From NCBI GenBank assembly GCA_025923195.1, contig JAICGJ010000004.1, forward strand, positions 12,610 to 76,609: a stretch of 64,000 nucleotides of DNA. The letters are read 5' to 3'. Positions 20,156-28,937 of the stretch are shown in pieces. Both the position numbers and the translations under genes were made by a program. The notes beneath the pieces are model-generated. The model was not told the origin of the DNA, ran no database searches, and was given only the letters and a program-made list of their open reading frames with translations. The stretch comes from Chryseolinea sp. (GTDB lineage: Bacteria; Bacteroidota; Bacteroidia; Cytophagales; Cyclobacteriaceae). How positions within the stretch are numbered: the first letter of the stretch is position 1; every line of letters begins with the position of its first letter.

Positions 20156-21250
20156 ATGAAGTGGATCGCCCATCTTAGTATCTATTTAATTGTGTTTTTA
20201 TTTCAGACTTGTTCGACACCTGAAAATGATGGGGTTCGCGTGAACCAAATTCAGGTTATTGGAAGTCACAACAGTTATAAGCAGCAAATTGAGGATCCCC
20301 TTATGAGGATCACCCTTTCGCGCGATTCCAGTACACTTGGATTGGATTATCGGCATATTCCTATCAACGAACAACTTGACCTTGGTTTGCGTGGACTTGA
20401 AATAGATATCTTGCACGACCCTCAAGGCGGAAGATTCAACGCGCCATTAGGACTCAGGTTGCTGGCTGAAAATGGTGTCAGTGCGAAACCATACGATACG
20501 CTTGGCGAACTTTCAAAAGGGGGGTTGAAGGTCCTTCACGTTCCTGATGTCGATTTTAGAAGTCATTGTCTTACATTCGTAAATTGTTTGCAGGAAGTAA
20601 AGGAGTGGTCTCAGCGCAATCCGGACCACATACCTATCATCATTACGATCAACCCAAAAGAGACGGGCATTGAGGAACCTGGAGCTGCAAAAGTCCTTCC
20701 ATTTACATCCCCGGCATTAGATAGTGTTGATCGCGAAATTTTATCAGTTTTTTCAACATCAGAATTAATTACGCCTGATCTCGTCCAAGGAGAATTTGCC
20801 TCATTGCGGGAATCGGTGACTACAGTAGGTTGGCCATCGGTGGAATCATCAAAAGGCAAAATCCTTTTTGTATTCGATGCCGACCCTTTGTTGACATCGG
20901 AATACATCAAGGGGGGTCTGAAAGGTAAACCCATGTTTCCCAATGTCGGTAAGGATCATCCTCATGCCGGCTTCTTCATCATGAACGATCCGAAGGATCA
21001 ACACCAGGAAATTCAACGTTTGGTGAAATTAGGATTCATGGTTAGAACTCGCGCTGACGCCGATACAAAAGAGGCCAGAACAGGGGACCTTTCGAGACTT
21101 GAGTCGGCTATTGCTTCCGGAGCGCAACTTATCAGCACTGATTATTACCTTGCTAAGTTAAGTCCATCAGGTAAATTCCAGATAACTTTGCAGAATGGAA
21201 GTTATGAATCTTGTAATCCCTTGATCGCACCAGTTCAATGTAAATTATGA
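20156..21250 (+). CDS. PI-PLC X-domain-like phosphodiesterase (Ca-dependent phosphoinositide phospholipase C-like)
   Basis: Signal peptide. VIGSHNSYK catalytic-His motif and TIM-barrel PLC-like layout. 4-nt overlap with the next gene. Confidence 0.65.
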   Translation: MKWIAHLSIYLIVFLFQTCSTPENDGVRVNQIQVIGSHNSYKQQIEDPLMRITLSRDSSTLGLDYRHIPINEQLDLGLRGLEIDILHDPQGGRFNAPLGLRLLAENGVSAKPYDTLGELSKGGLKVLHVPDVDFRSHCLTFVNCLQEVKEWSQRNPDHIPIIITINPKETGIEEPGAAKVLPFTSPALDSVDREILSVFSTSELITPDLVQGEFASLRESVTTVGWPSVESSKGKILFVFDADPLLTSEYIKGGLKGKPMFPNVGKDHPHAGFFIMNDPKDQHQEIQRLVKLGFMVRTRADADTKEARTGDLSRLESAIASGAQLISTDYYLAKLSPSGKFQITLQNGSYESCNPLIAPVQCKL

Positions 21251-22602
21251 TAAGCAGAAGAAATTTTATTAAACAATCCTTTGCAGTGTCCGCAGGCTTC
21301 TCAGGATTAAATCTATTTTTGTCTATGCCCTCCGTTGCTGGTGCAGTTACTATGAATCCCGTGGTAGAGAAATGGCTGGAGCTTCCTGAAGGGTTTAAGG
21401 CAAAAATAATATCCAAATGGGGAGATAAGATGTCGGATGGGTTTTTTGTGCCGGGTCATCCCGACGGAATGGCGGCTTTTGACGTTAAGGGAAAGGTTGT
21501 GCTCGTGAGGAATCATGAAAACAGTCCAGGACCAACAAGGTATGGACCCTTTGGCGAAGATCTTTCCTTGTTACCGAAGGCCGACAAGAGCAAATTTTTC
21601 GATTATGGTTTCGGCACGACTCCTGGATTAGGAGGGACCAGCACAGTAATTTTTAATGAAGAAAAGCAACGCGTTGTATCGCAGTTTTTAACTCTGATAG
21701 GAACTAACCGTAATTGCGCCGGAGGCCTGACACCGTGGAACAGTTGGATTAGCTGTGAGGAGGACACAACTTTGAAAAGCAGCCAATCCGAAAAAAATCA
21801 TGGGTATAACTTTGAAATCCCCGCTTCGGGTAAAAAATTGGTAGACCCGTTGCCTTTAAAGGAAATGGGCCGATTTAATCATGAGGCGATTTGCATTGAT
21901 CCCTCAACAGGAATTGTCTACTCAACTGAGGATCGCAGCGATAGCCTCGTTTACCGATTTTTGCCGAAGGCTACAGGTAAGCTGCACCAGGGCGGCACTT
22001 TGCAGGCACTTTCTATCAAGGGCGAAAAAGGGTTTGACTCGCGAAATTGGGAACAGTCCACTTGCAAAGTCGGAGATGCTCTCGAAGTTGAATGGATTAC
22101 ATTGTCCGATGTTGATACCGATGAAGATGACTTGAGGCTGAGAGGTCATTCACAAGGCGCCGCGTTATTTGCACGAGGCGAAGGAATGTGGTTTGGAAAT
22201 AGGGAAGTATATTTTGCGTGTACGAATGGTGGTACTACTAAGTCTGGCCAGATCTTCAAGTATATTCCGGCTGCCAGTGAAGGGAAAACAGATGAAAACG
22301 ATGCTCCTGGAAAATTGATCCTATTTGCAGAGCCTAACAATACTAATATCCTCAAGTATTGTGATAACCTCACCGTTGCGCCATGGGGTGATGTCATACT
22401 GGTGGAGGATTCTAAGGACGCTTACATTCGTGGGATCACGCCAGCCGGAAAAATTTATAACATTGGTCGAAATATTGGATCTGATTCTGAGCTTACCGGA
22501 CCATGTTTTTCGCCTTCCGGAAAAACGCTTTTCCTAAACATTCAGATGGAAGGACTGACACTTGCGATAACCGGACCCTGGGAACGTTTGAGGCAAGCCT
22601 GA
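21247..22602 (+). CDS. DUF839 / PhoX-like secreted phosphatase with Tat signal
   Basis: Tat-type N-terminus MISRRNFIKQSFAVSAGFSGL. NCAGGLTPWNSWISCEE and RFNHEA motifs are typical of the DUF839/PhoX family. Confidence 0.75.
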   Translation: MISRRNFIKQSFAVSAGFSGLNLFLSMPSVAGAVTMNPVVEKWLELPEGFKAKIISKWGDKMSDGFFVPGHPDGMAAFDVKGKVVLVRNHENSPGPTRYGPFGEDLSLLPKADKSKFFDYGFGTTPGLGGTSTVIFNEEKQRVVSQFLTLIGTNRNCAGGLTPWNSWISCEEDTTLKSSQSEKNHGYNFEIPASGKKLVDPLPLKEMGRFNHEAICIDPSTGIVYSTEDRSDSLVYRFLPKATGKLHQGGTLQALSIKGEKGFDSRNWEQSTCKVGDALEVEWITLSDVDTDEDDLRLRGHSQGAALFARGEGMWFGNREVYFACTNGGTTKSGQIFKYIPAASEGKTDENDAPGKLILFAEPNNTNILKYCDNLTVAPWGDVILVEDSKDAYIRGITPAGKIYNIGRNIGSDSELTGPCFSPSGKTLFLNIQMEGLTLAITGPWERLRQA

Positions 22603-22787
22603 TCTGAGTAAGCAGTGTACAGCTTTCAGCTTACAGCAGTGTGCATTTCTTAACCTGTGAAGAACTGTCGTCAATGGGAGGTAAGAAAATTTCCGGCGAA
22701 TGTTGGTGAGGGGTTTCATGTTCAGCTTGCACAAACCCCAACTTAGAACTTCAACACTTAGAACTCCAACACCTCAACACCTGGTTA

Positions 22788-23546
22788 CTACTTGAATTTG
22801 TAACTCACATAGAGCGATGGCCCGCTCGCGTACATAGGTACGACAGTGAGTTGAGATGGCTTGTTTTTCCACTTATAGCGATGAGTCAGATATGCCAGGT
22901 TCGTGGAAAGAATACCTATGCCAGCACCCGTTAGTACATCCGAAACCCAGTGACGGTTATTAAGAATTCGCATAGCACCAACCGTCGTGGCCATTCCGTA
23001 GGCTCCCACCGCATACCAGATACTTACGTCCTTATATTCCTTTGCCATGAATGTTGCGGTGGCAAATGCTTGTGCAGTATGTCCTGAGGGAAACGACTCG
23101 ACGTCCGTATCATCCGGCCGCCTAACGTTAGTGATCGACTTAAATGAAAAAGTAAGTGCGAACATAATAGCTTCCGATTTAATGAGCAGGAGTGTTCTGT
23201 TTCTGAAGTCATGCTTGCCCTTAATGCCCGCTATGTTTAGCCCGTAAACTATTGCAATAGGGGCATGCATCAGGTAATTGTCAACTTTCGTTTGAAAGTT
23301 GGGCAAGTGCTCATTCCGTTCCTCACGAACCTCGTAACGGTTGATGACATCATCACTTAAACATGAATACGTCCCAAGACCAATAAGAATCGCGGGTACC
23401 TTTACAGCATGAAGGAATGCGTTTTGTTTTTTGGGCTGACTGGTTTGATCAACTTTATAAGATCGCTTTTCCCGTTGCTGGACATTATACTGAGCGCCGG
23501 CGAAGTAACCTGTGCACACCAGGGTCAGGACTGCAATGAATCTCAT
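22788..23546 (-). CDS. PAP2-family acid phosphatase / lipid phosphatase
   Basis: PAP2 tripartite motif KSITNVRRPD ... PSGHT ... MRILNNRHWVSDV. Start placed at MRFIAVLTLV (signal peptide, ATG 23546). Confidence 0.8.
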   Translation of the reverse strand: MRFIAVLTLVCTGYFAGAQYNVQQREKRSYKVDQTSQPKKQNAFLHAVKVPAILIGLGTYSCLSDDVINRYEVREERNEHLPNFQTKVDNYLMHAPIAIVYGLNIAGIKGKHDFRNRTLLLIKSEAIMFALTFSFKSITNVRRPDDTDVESFPSGHTAQAFATATFMAKEYKDVSIWYAVGAYGMATTVGAMRILNNRHWVSDVLTGAGIGILSTNLAYLTHRYKWKNKPSQLTVVPMYASGPSLYVSYKFK

Positions 23547-23782
23547 TTTAATGGAATTCGGTCTAGGTAAATTAAAGGTAGTGATGTGAGCTGGCATGAG
23601 CAAGCGATTTGTTAAAACGCCGGCATATTCAAAAAATTTTATACCCCAATACTAATAATTTTCGCCGGGCTTGATGGCGCTAAAAAGGGTCGGGGATACG
23701 CGGGTAAGAATATGGCCCAATTTCTCAGCTATTGGAATCCAATTTTGGGAATAGGTATTGCAGATCAGCGTTTTCAACGAAT

Positions 23783-26269
23783 TTAGAGGCTTACCCGGTA
23801 GTAAAAGAATGGCAGGGTGCCCAGTTGATACTCCTCGGTGACGCTACCTTCGTTCTGATTCGCGCCAGGGATATAAGTAAGCTTTAGCACATTTGCCCTG
23901 TTAAAAACATTAATCAGGTCAAGTGCAAGCTCGTGTGAGATGCTTGGCAGATTGAGTTTGTAGCTAATTCTTAGGTCCAGGCGAAAATAAGGCTTGAATT
24001 GTCTGGTATTTTTTTCTTCGCTGAAGAAGACAACGTTTTTTTCTGCAATGGAAGCAACAGTATCAACTGGACCATACCACCGACCGCCGGCAGCAATAAA
24101 TTTACTGCCCAGGGCGATTATGTTCTGTTTTTTTAATCTCCATTCGCGCGTAAAAAGCAGGTTCGAAATATATTTACAATTAAAGTCCGAATTACGCCAA
24201 ACGCGATCACTCCCCTCATATTTTGATTCAAAAAGGGACCCGGTAAAGAGAAACAAGTATCCAGACGAAAACGCCCTTTCAGCGGTAAGTTCAAGCCCAT
24301 AATTTTTCGCTCGTCCTTCATTCTTAAGCTTGTCAGGCGTGAGTCGGGTGAAATCCGCACCTGTATTGATCAGAGAAAACGATGTAATCTTTTCATCTAC
24401 CGGAACATCGTATAGACTCTGATAGTATGCCTCGAGTTTAATTCGTATTCCCGAGGAATCAGATCCGAAATATTTTTCTACTCCGGCGACAAGGTGCCTG
24501 CTCCGGGTGAAGCCCATATTTATATTTTGGGGAATGGGCTTTTTATTCGAATCATTTTCAGATCCATAGAAATATAAGTAGGGCTGCTGTATCTGACTAT
24601 GTAATCCGAAACCAGCATTGAGCTTGGTCTTCTCATTCAAATAATACTGTACACTTATACGCGGTTCAATAATGGAGCGGCTCTTGTTCAAAGAAAAAAA
24701 TTGGTGGTGTAGACCCGTAATGATGTCAAACTTATTAGCCGTATATTTCCATTGGGCATAAGGTTGGATCAGAGTGCTGTTGGTCATACTCTGCCAACGG
24801 ATCCGCCATGTGCCAAACAATGAATCATCTATATCCATATTTATATTACGACTGCTATCAAGGAAAGAAAAGATATAGTGATCTATTCCGACACCTGCTT
24901 CAAGTTGATGGCTTCTGTTCAGCCGTTTGGTATAGTTTGACGAAGCTGAAATCCTGGTTTCCTTGAACTTGTAATCCAATATTCCTGGATACATTATCCC
25001 ATCCGGGAAGCTATCATATCTAAGAATAGCTTCTCGTATGTCAGGAGGATTTACAAAGTCATGATGGGAAACAATACGTTCGGCGGATACTGCCACAGTA
25101 GTTGCGAGAAAAGCAGAAGTCCGGATCTTCTTTTTATAAGATAACCCCACGACACCAGACGAGCTTTTGAAATATTGGTCCCGATCCTTTTCGCCGTATA
25201 AGTTTTGAGAGACGTCGTCCTGTTGACTGATAAGTATATCAACCTTACTTATTCCGCCGAGCCCGAATAGGGAAAAAGAGGAGCCCTTGCCCGAGGGAAA
25301 ATTTATTTTGAACGATGCGTCTGTGTATCGGGGTATGGATTCAGTTCCAAGATCGATATTCAATGCATCAAAAAAACCTAAAGTAGAATGCCGAACTGAA
25401 AATATATAGGAGGATTTGCCTTTGGTCGACAGTGGTCCCTGTCCTGAATACTCCAGGCCCAATAATCCCAATTGCGCGGTTGTGTGATGTGCGGTTGTAT
25501 CACCATTGCGGAAACGAAGATCAAAGATACCGGATGTAGTGTTCCCGAATTCAGCAGGAAATGCACCGGAATAGAACGAGGAACTGGCTAACATTCGATC
25601 ATTAATTATTGAAACAGGACCACCTGATGTTCCGGGGATGTTAAAGTGATTTGGGTTAGGAACGTTAACACCTTCGATGCGCCACAAGACGGATTGTGGC
25701 GAATTCCCTCTGATGATGATGTCATTTCTTGAGTCATCCGCGCTTTGAATGCCCGGCAACACAGCTACTTTACGTATAGCTTCACCGCGATTTCCGGCAT
25801 GTCTGTTCAGGTCATCTGTATCTATCAGGTTTGCACCAAGAGGAGCAAGATCATCCAGAGAGTGAATTTTCAATTCGGTAAGATAGAGTGGCGAAACCTC
25901 CATAGGTACTTCCACGACACTTCCCCTTGATGCCTCAACCATTACTGTCAGCAGAACTTCCTTGAAACCCAAATAGGAAACCCTAAGCGTATGGCGTCCA
26001 ACACTTATTTTTTTCAGATCAAAATTTCCATTTGCATCGGTTATAGCCCCAATGTAGGAGGTCTCTTCGCGCTGGAGTGCTATTGTGGCGCCTGCTAACG
26101 GCTGATGATTATCTTTTTCGAAAACGCTTCCCTGTATTGTTTGAAGCAGAATTGAATCCTTCGGGGGAAAGACGGAATTGCTGATTTTTTTTATTAGCGA
26201 TAAACCTGTAGTCTGCGCCTGAGCAGGCAAACAAAAAAGCAAAAGGGTTATACAGCTGAGGAGTTTCAT
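23783..26269 (-). CDS. TonB-dependent receptor with N-terminal carboxypeptidase-regulatory-like domain
   Basis: Signal peptide, CarboxypepD_reg-like segment (GSVFEKDNHQPLAGATIAL...GRHTLRVSYLGF), plug-like segment (..IIIRGNSPQSVLWRIEGVNVPNPNHF) and a long beta-barrel region. Confidence 0.85.
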   Translation of the reverse strand: MKLLSCITLLLFCLPAQAQTTGLSLIKKISNSVFPPKDSILLQTIQGSVFEKDNHQPLAGATIALQREETSYIGAITDANGNFDLKKISVGRHTLRVSYLGFKEVLLTVMVEASRGSVVEVPMEVSPLYLTELKIHSLDDLAPLGANLIDTDDLNRHAGNRGEAIRKVAVLPGIQSADDSRNDIIIRGNSPQSVLWRIEGVNVPNPNHFNIPGTSGGPVSIINDRMLASSSFYSGAFPAEFGNTTSGIFDLRFRNGDTTAHHTTAQLGLLGLEYSGQGPLSTKGKSSYIFSVRHSTLGFFDALNIDLGTESIPRYTDASFKINFPSGKGSSFSLFGLGGISKVDILISQQDDVSQNLYGEKDRDQYFKSSSGVVGLSYKKKIRTSAFLATTVAVSAERIVSHHDFVNPPDIREAILRYDSFPDGIMYPGILDYKFKETRISASSNYTKRLNRSHQLEAGVGIDHYIFSFLDSSRNINMDIDDSLFGTWRIRWQSMTNSTLIQPYAQWKYTANKFDIITGLHHQFFSLNKSRSIIEPRISVQYYLNEKTKLNAGFGLHSQIQQPYLYFYGSENDSNKKPIPQNINMGFTRSRHLVAGVEKYFGSDSSGIRIKLEAYYQSLYDVPVDEKITSFSLINTGADFTRLTPDKLKNEGRAKNYGLELTAERAFSSGYLFLFTGSLFESKYEGSDRVWRNSDFNCKYISNLLFTREWRLKKQNIIALGSKFIAAGGRWYGPVDTVASIAEKNVVFFSEEKNTRQFKPYFRLDLRISYKLNLPSISHELALDLINVFNRANVLKLTYIPGANQNEGSVTEEYQLGTLPFFYYRVSL

Positions 26270-26418
26270 AGCGTGTAGGAGTCACTCGACACACATGCAC
26301 CCGCGGTAAGTTTCAGGCTAACGCCGGCAATATGAGGTACAAACAGGAAGTCCAGGGTTGCAAAGACTTCAAGGGGAAAACATCTAAGCATGGTATAGGT
26401 ATTTACTAAAATAATATA

Positions 26419-27282
26419 TTATAGTTGTTTCCCGAAATGCATTGTCGTTTGTATCGGTCGCAGACTGTATTGCGGGTTATTGGTTTTGACTTTGGGGTCG
26501 TCGCGCCTAAAGATTTGCTGAACGATCCATTCTACAATGTAAGACGGTAACCTAAGCGACAATTGGTAGAACATTTTATTAATAAGGCCCGGAATTATCC
26601 TTTTCTTTCTTTGAAATAATTTTTGGACAGCTTCCTTGGCAACGTCATCAGGCATTTGATGAAAATTCCAGTTTCCGATACTCGTTGAAGAAAGTCGATC
26701 CATTATTGATGTGTTTGTAATAGTTCCTCCGGGGCAAAGACAGCATACATGAATATGATAAGGCCTAAGCTCAACTCTTAGCGACGCTGAGAATGTGTAC
26801 ACAAAACTCTTAGTCGCTGCGTAAACAGATTTGTTAGGAAGAGGAAAAAACGCAGCGAGGCTGCCCACGTTCAATACGTAGCCACCGCCGCGACTTTTAA
26901 GGTGCGGGATGAATAATTGTGTGAGAGCAACAAGCACGTGATTGTTTAGGGATAACATTCGGGTGATCAGTTCAGGGTCCGTTTCTTCGAAGCAGCATAG
27001 ATTCCCGAAACCGGCATTGTTAACTAATATTTCCACATCATACTGACGAGATAGGCACCAGCTAAAGATTGCATTAGGACTTCCGGGTTCTGTGAGGTTA
27101 GTTTCCAGAAGATCCGCTTTGACCCCAAAGTTTGTTACCAGATCACGCCTGACGTTTTCCGTTCCCGAACCCGGCAATGCTACCAGTATCACATTGATTT
27201 TCAGACGGGCAAATTCATAGGCAAGGGCCCTTCCAATACCTGAACTGGAACCTGTGATCAATGCATAAGAATTGCTTTTCAT
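26419..27282 (-). CDS. Short-chain dehydrogenase/reductase (SDR)
   Basis: TGSSSGIGRALA cofactor motif, NNAG, and catalytic YAATKSF (YxxxK). Confidence 0.85.
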   Translation of the reverse strand: MKSNSYALITGSSSGIGRALAYEFARLKINVILVALPGSGTENVRRDLVTNFGVKADLLETNLTEPGSPNAIFSWCLSRQYDVEILVNNAGFGNLCCFEETDPELITRMLSLNNHVLVALTQLFIPHLKSRGGGYVLNVGSLAAFFPLPNKSVYAATKSFVYTFSASLRVELRPYHIHVCCLCPGGTITNTSIMDRLSSTSIGNWNFHQMPDDVAKEAVQKLFQRKKRIIPGLINKMFYQLSLRLPSYIVEWIVQQIFRRDDPKVKTNNPQYSLRPIQTTMHFGKQL

Positions 27283-27926
27283 ATGGATAGTCTTTTTGTG
27301 ATGGGGGATATAATCGTAAAATAAGGATTAGCCCTAAGGGCAATAATATCGTTGGAAAGTGCCAGGGCCACATGAATAGAAACAGCGGCCCAAACGTTGT
27401 TTGTGACAAAGGTAATGTAGCACAACAAGCCGCCGAATGGAACCGATAGCAAGAACTCTTTTTCGGACTTGAACAGGTGCGCGAGCGCATAAGCGACAAC
27501 TCCGATAATAAATGCATTTTCAACCGTAGTAAACTCAAGACAGGAATAAAGGAGATAACCTCGAAATAGAAACTCATATGCAGTAAGGTAGATTGTCCAG
27601 CTCAACGCGTTGCCAATCAATAGCGTTAGGTTCCATTCTCTCGTCCTGACTTGCGGATGTATTTTAGTATTTTCCGAATGACCTCCAATCTTGGACATCA
27701 CTATTACAGATATTACAGAGAATATCAGCGCATAACCAAGTGTTGCATACAAGTCTGTAGCTGTGATATCCCAATAAGGAAAGAGATTTTCCGTTGCAAA
27801 GGGAAGCGGCAAAATTAAGATGATTGCGGCAATGCATCTTCTTAGCATTACCCTCCCAGCAAAGCAGCGCGATTGAACGACCATACTGGCCGTGGCTACT
27901 AATGAGCAAATAATAATGTTTTGCAT
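27279..27926 (-). CDS. CPBP family intramembrane protease-like membrane protein
   Basis: Multi-TM protein with YEFLFRGYL (E..xxR) and AYALAHLF motifs. Start placed at ATG 27926 to avoid overlapping the upstream gene. 4-nt overlap with the SDR start. Confidence 0.65.
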   Translation of the reverse strand: MQNIIICSLVATASMVVQSRCFAGRVMLRRCIAAIILILPLPFATENLFPYWDITATDLYATLGYALIFSVISVIVMSKIGGHSENTKIHPQVRTREWNLTLLIGNALSWTIYLTAYEFLFRGYLLYSCLEFTTVENAFIIGVVAYALAHLFKSEKEFLLSVPFGGLLCYITFVTNNVWAAVSIHVALALSNDIIALRANPYFTIISPITKRLSI

Positions 27927-27937
27927 AGAATGTGGGG

Positions 27938-28933
27938 TTAATAGTAAATGTGCATATCGTTCTTGAACCACGTTAGCGTGCGTTCGATCCCTTCGTCCAG
28001 GGGTGTAATGGAATATCCCAATTCATTAATTGCCTTCTCGCTTGAACAGGCAGTGTTATAGCTGTACTTCCTTATCCATTTTCTTGTGATCATAGGCTTC
28101 ATCCCGAACCATGTCGCCAACAATTCTTCTTTCCAGGCGAAGACTTTCATCAAGGCAACCGGAAAATGTACAAGTAGGTAACGTCTGTCAGATTTCTTGC
28201 GGAGCACCTTAAAAAATGTATTGAAATCTGTGTTGATACCACCAAGAATATACCGTTCCCCCGGAATACCTTTTTCCATCGCCAGAATGTGCCCCTCTAC
28301 CACGTTATCGATATACGTGAATGAACCAATGGTTTTACCGTTGCCTGGAATAATATGCCAGTCACCTGTTATATACGCCTTGATCATACACGATAATGCG
28401 TTGCTTTCTGATAGCTTTCCCGGCCCATAGACTCTTGCCGGGTTTACCATGACGACAGCAAGCCCCCTCCGTACATATGCGTTCACCCGTTCTTCCGCCA
28501 TAAACTTCGAGGCCTCATAATCGGTAAAGAAGTCAGTGACTGAGGTCGTCGTTTCATTGACTGGCTCTGATAGACTCGCACCAAAAGTGCCTCTGGTGGA
28601 AGTTACCACTACCTTCTTCACGCCTGCATGAAGGGCGGCGTCCAGTACATTCACCGTCCCCTGAACGTTCACCTCAAAAAATGTCTTTCTCCGATTGGCC
28701 CACGACCTCGCATACGCAGCCGCATGATACACTTGGTCACAGCCCGCTATTCCTTCCGAAATTTTTTGAACATTTAGGAGGTCACCTTCGTAAATCGTAA
28801 CTCTTGGATTATTGAACAAATCGCCTTCGGGCCAGCAACGACACAGTGCATGAATCTCATGTCCCAGGTTAAGGAGCCTCATGGTCAATTTTTGGCCGAT
28901 GTATCCCGTCGCCCCTGTTATGAAGATTTTCAT
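27938..28933 (-). CDS. NAD(P)-dependent epimerase/dehydratase, 3beta-hydroxysteroid dehydrogenase-like extended SDR
   Basis: MKIFITGATGYIGQKL Rossmann motif at the chosen start (ATG 28933). Catalytic YEASK (YxxxK). Confidence 0.8.
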   Translation of the reverse strand: MKIFITGATGYIGQKLTMRLLNLGHEIHALCRCWPEGDLFNNPRVTIYEGDLLNVQKISEGIAGCDQVYHAAAYARSWANRRKTFFEVNVQGTVNVLDAALHAGVKKVVVTSTRGTFGASLSEPVNETTTSVTDFFTDYEASKFMAEERVNAYVRRGLAVVMVNPARVYGPGKLSESNALSCMIKAYITGDWHIIPGNGKTIGSFTYIDNVVEGHILAMEKGIPGERYILGGINTDFNTFFKVLRKKSDRRYLLVHFPVALMKVFAWKEELLATWFGMKPMITRKWIRKYSYNTACSSEKAINELGYSITPLDEGIERTLTWFKNDMHIYY

Positions 28934-28937
28934 CAGA

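Noticed and set aside
26270-26418. Riboswitch (for example cobalamin or TPP) upstream of the TonB-dependent receptor
   Set aside because: I found no B12 box (GCCACTG), no TPP CUGAGA core and no other conserved riboswitch core when reading either strand. The region is only 149 nt, between the SDR stop and the receptor start.
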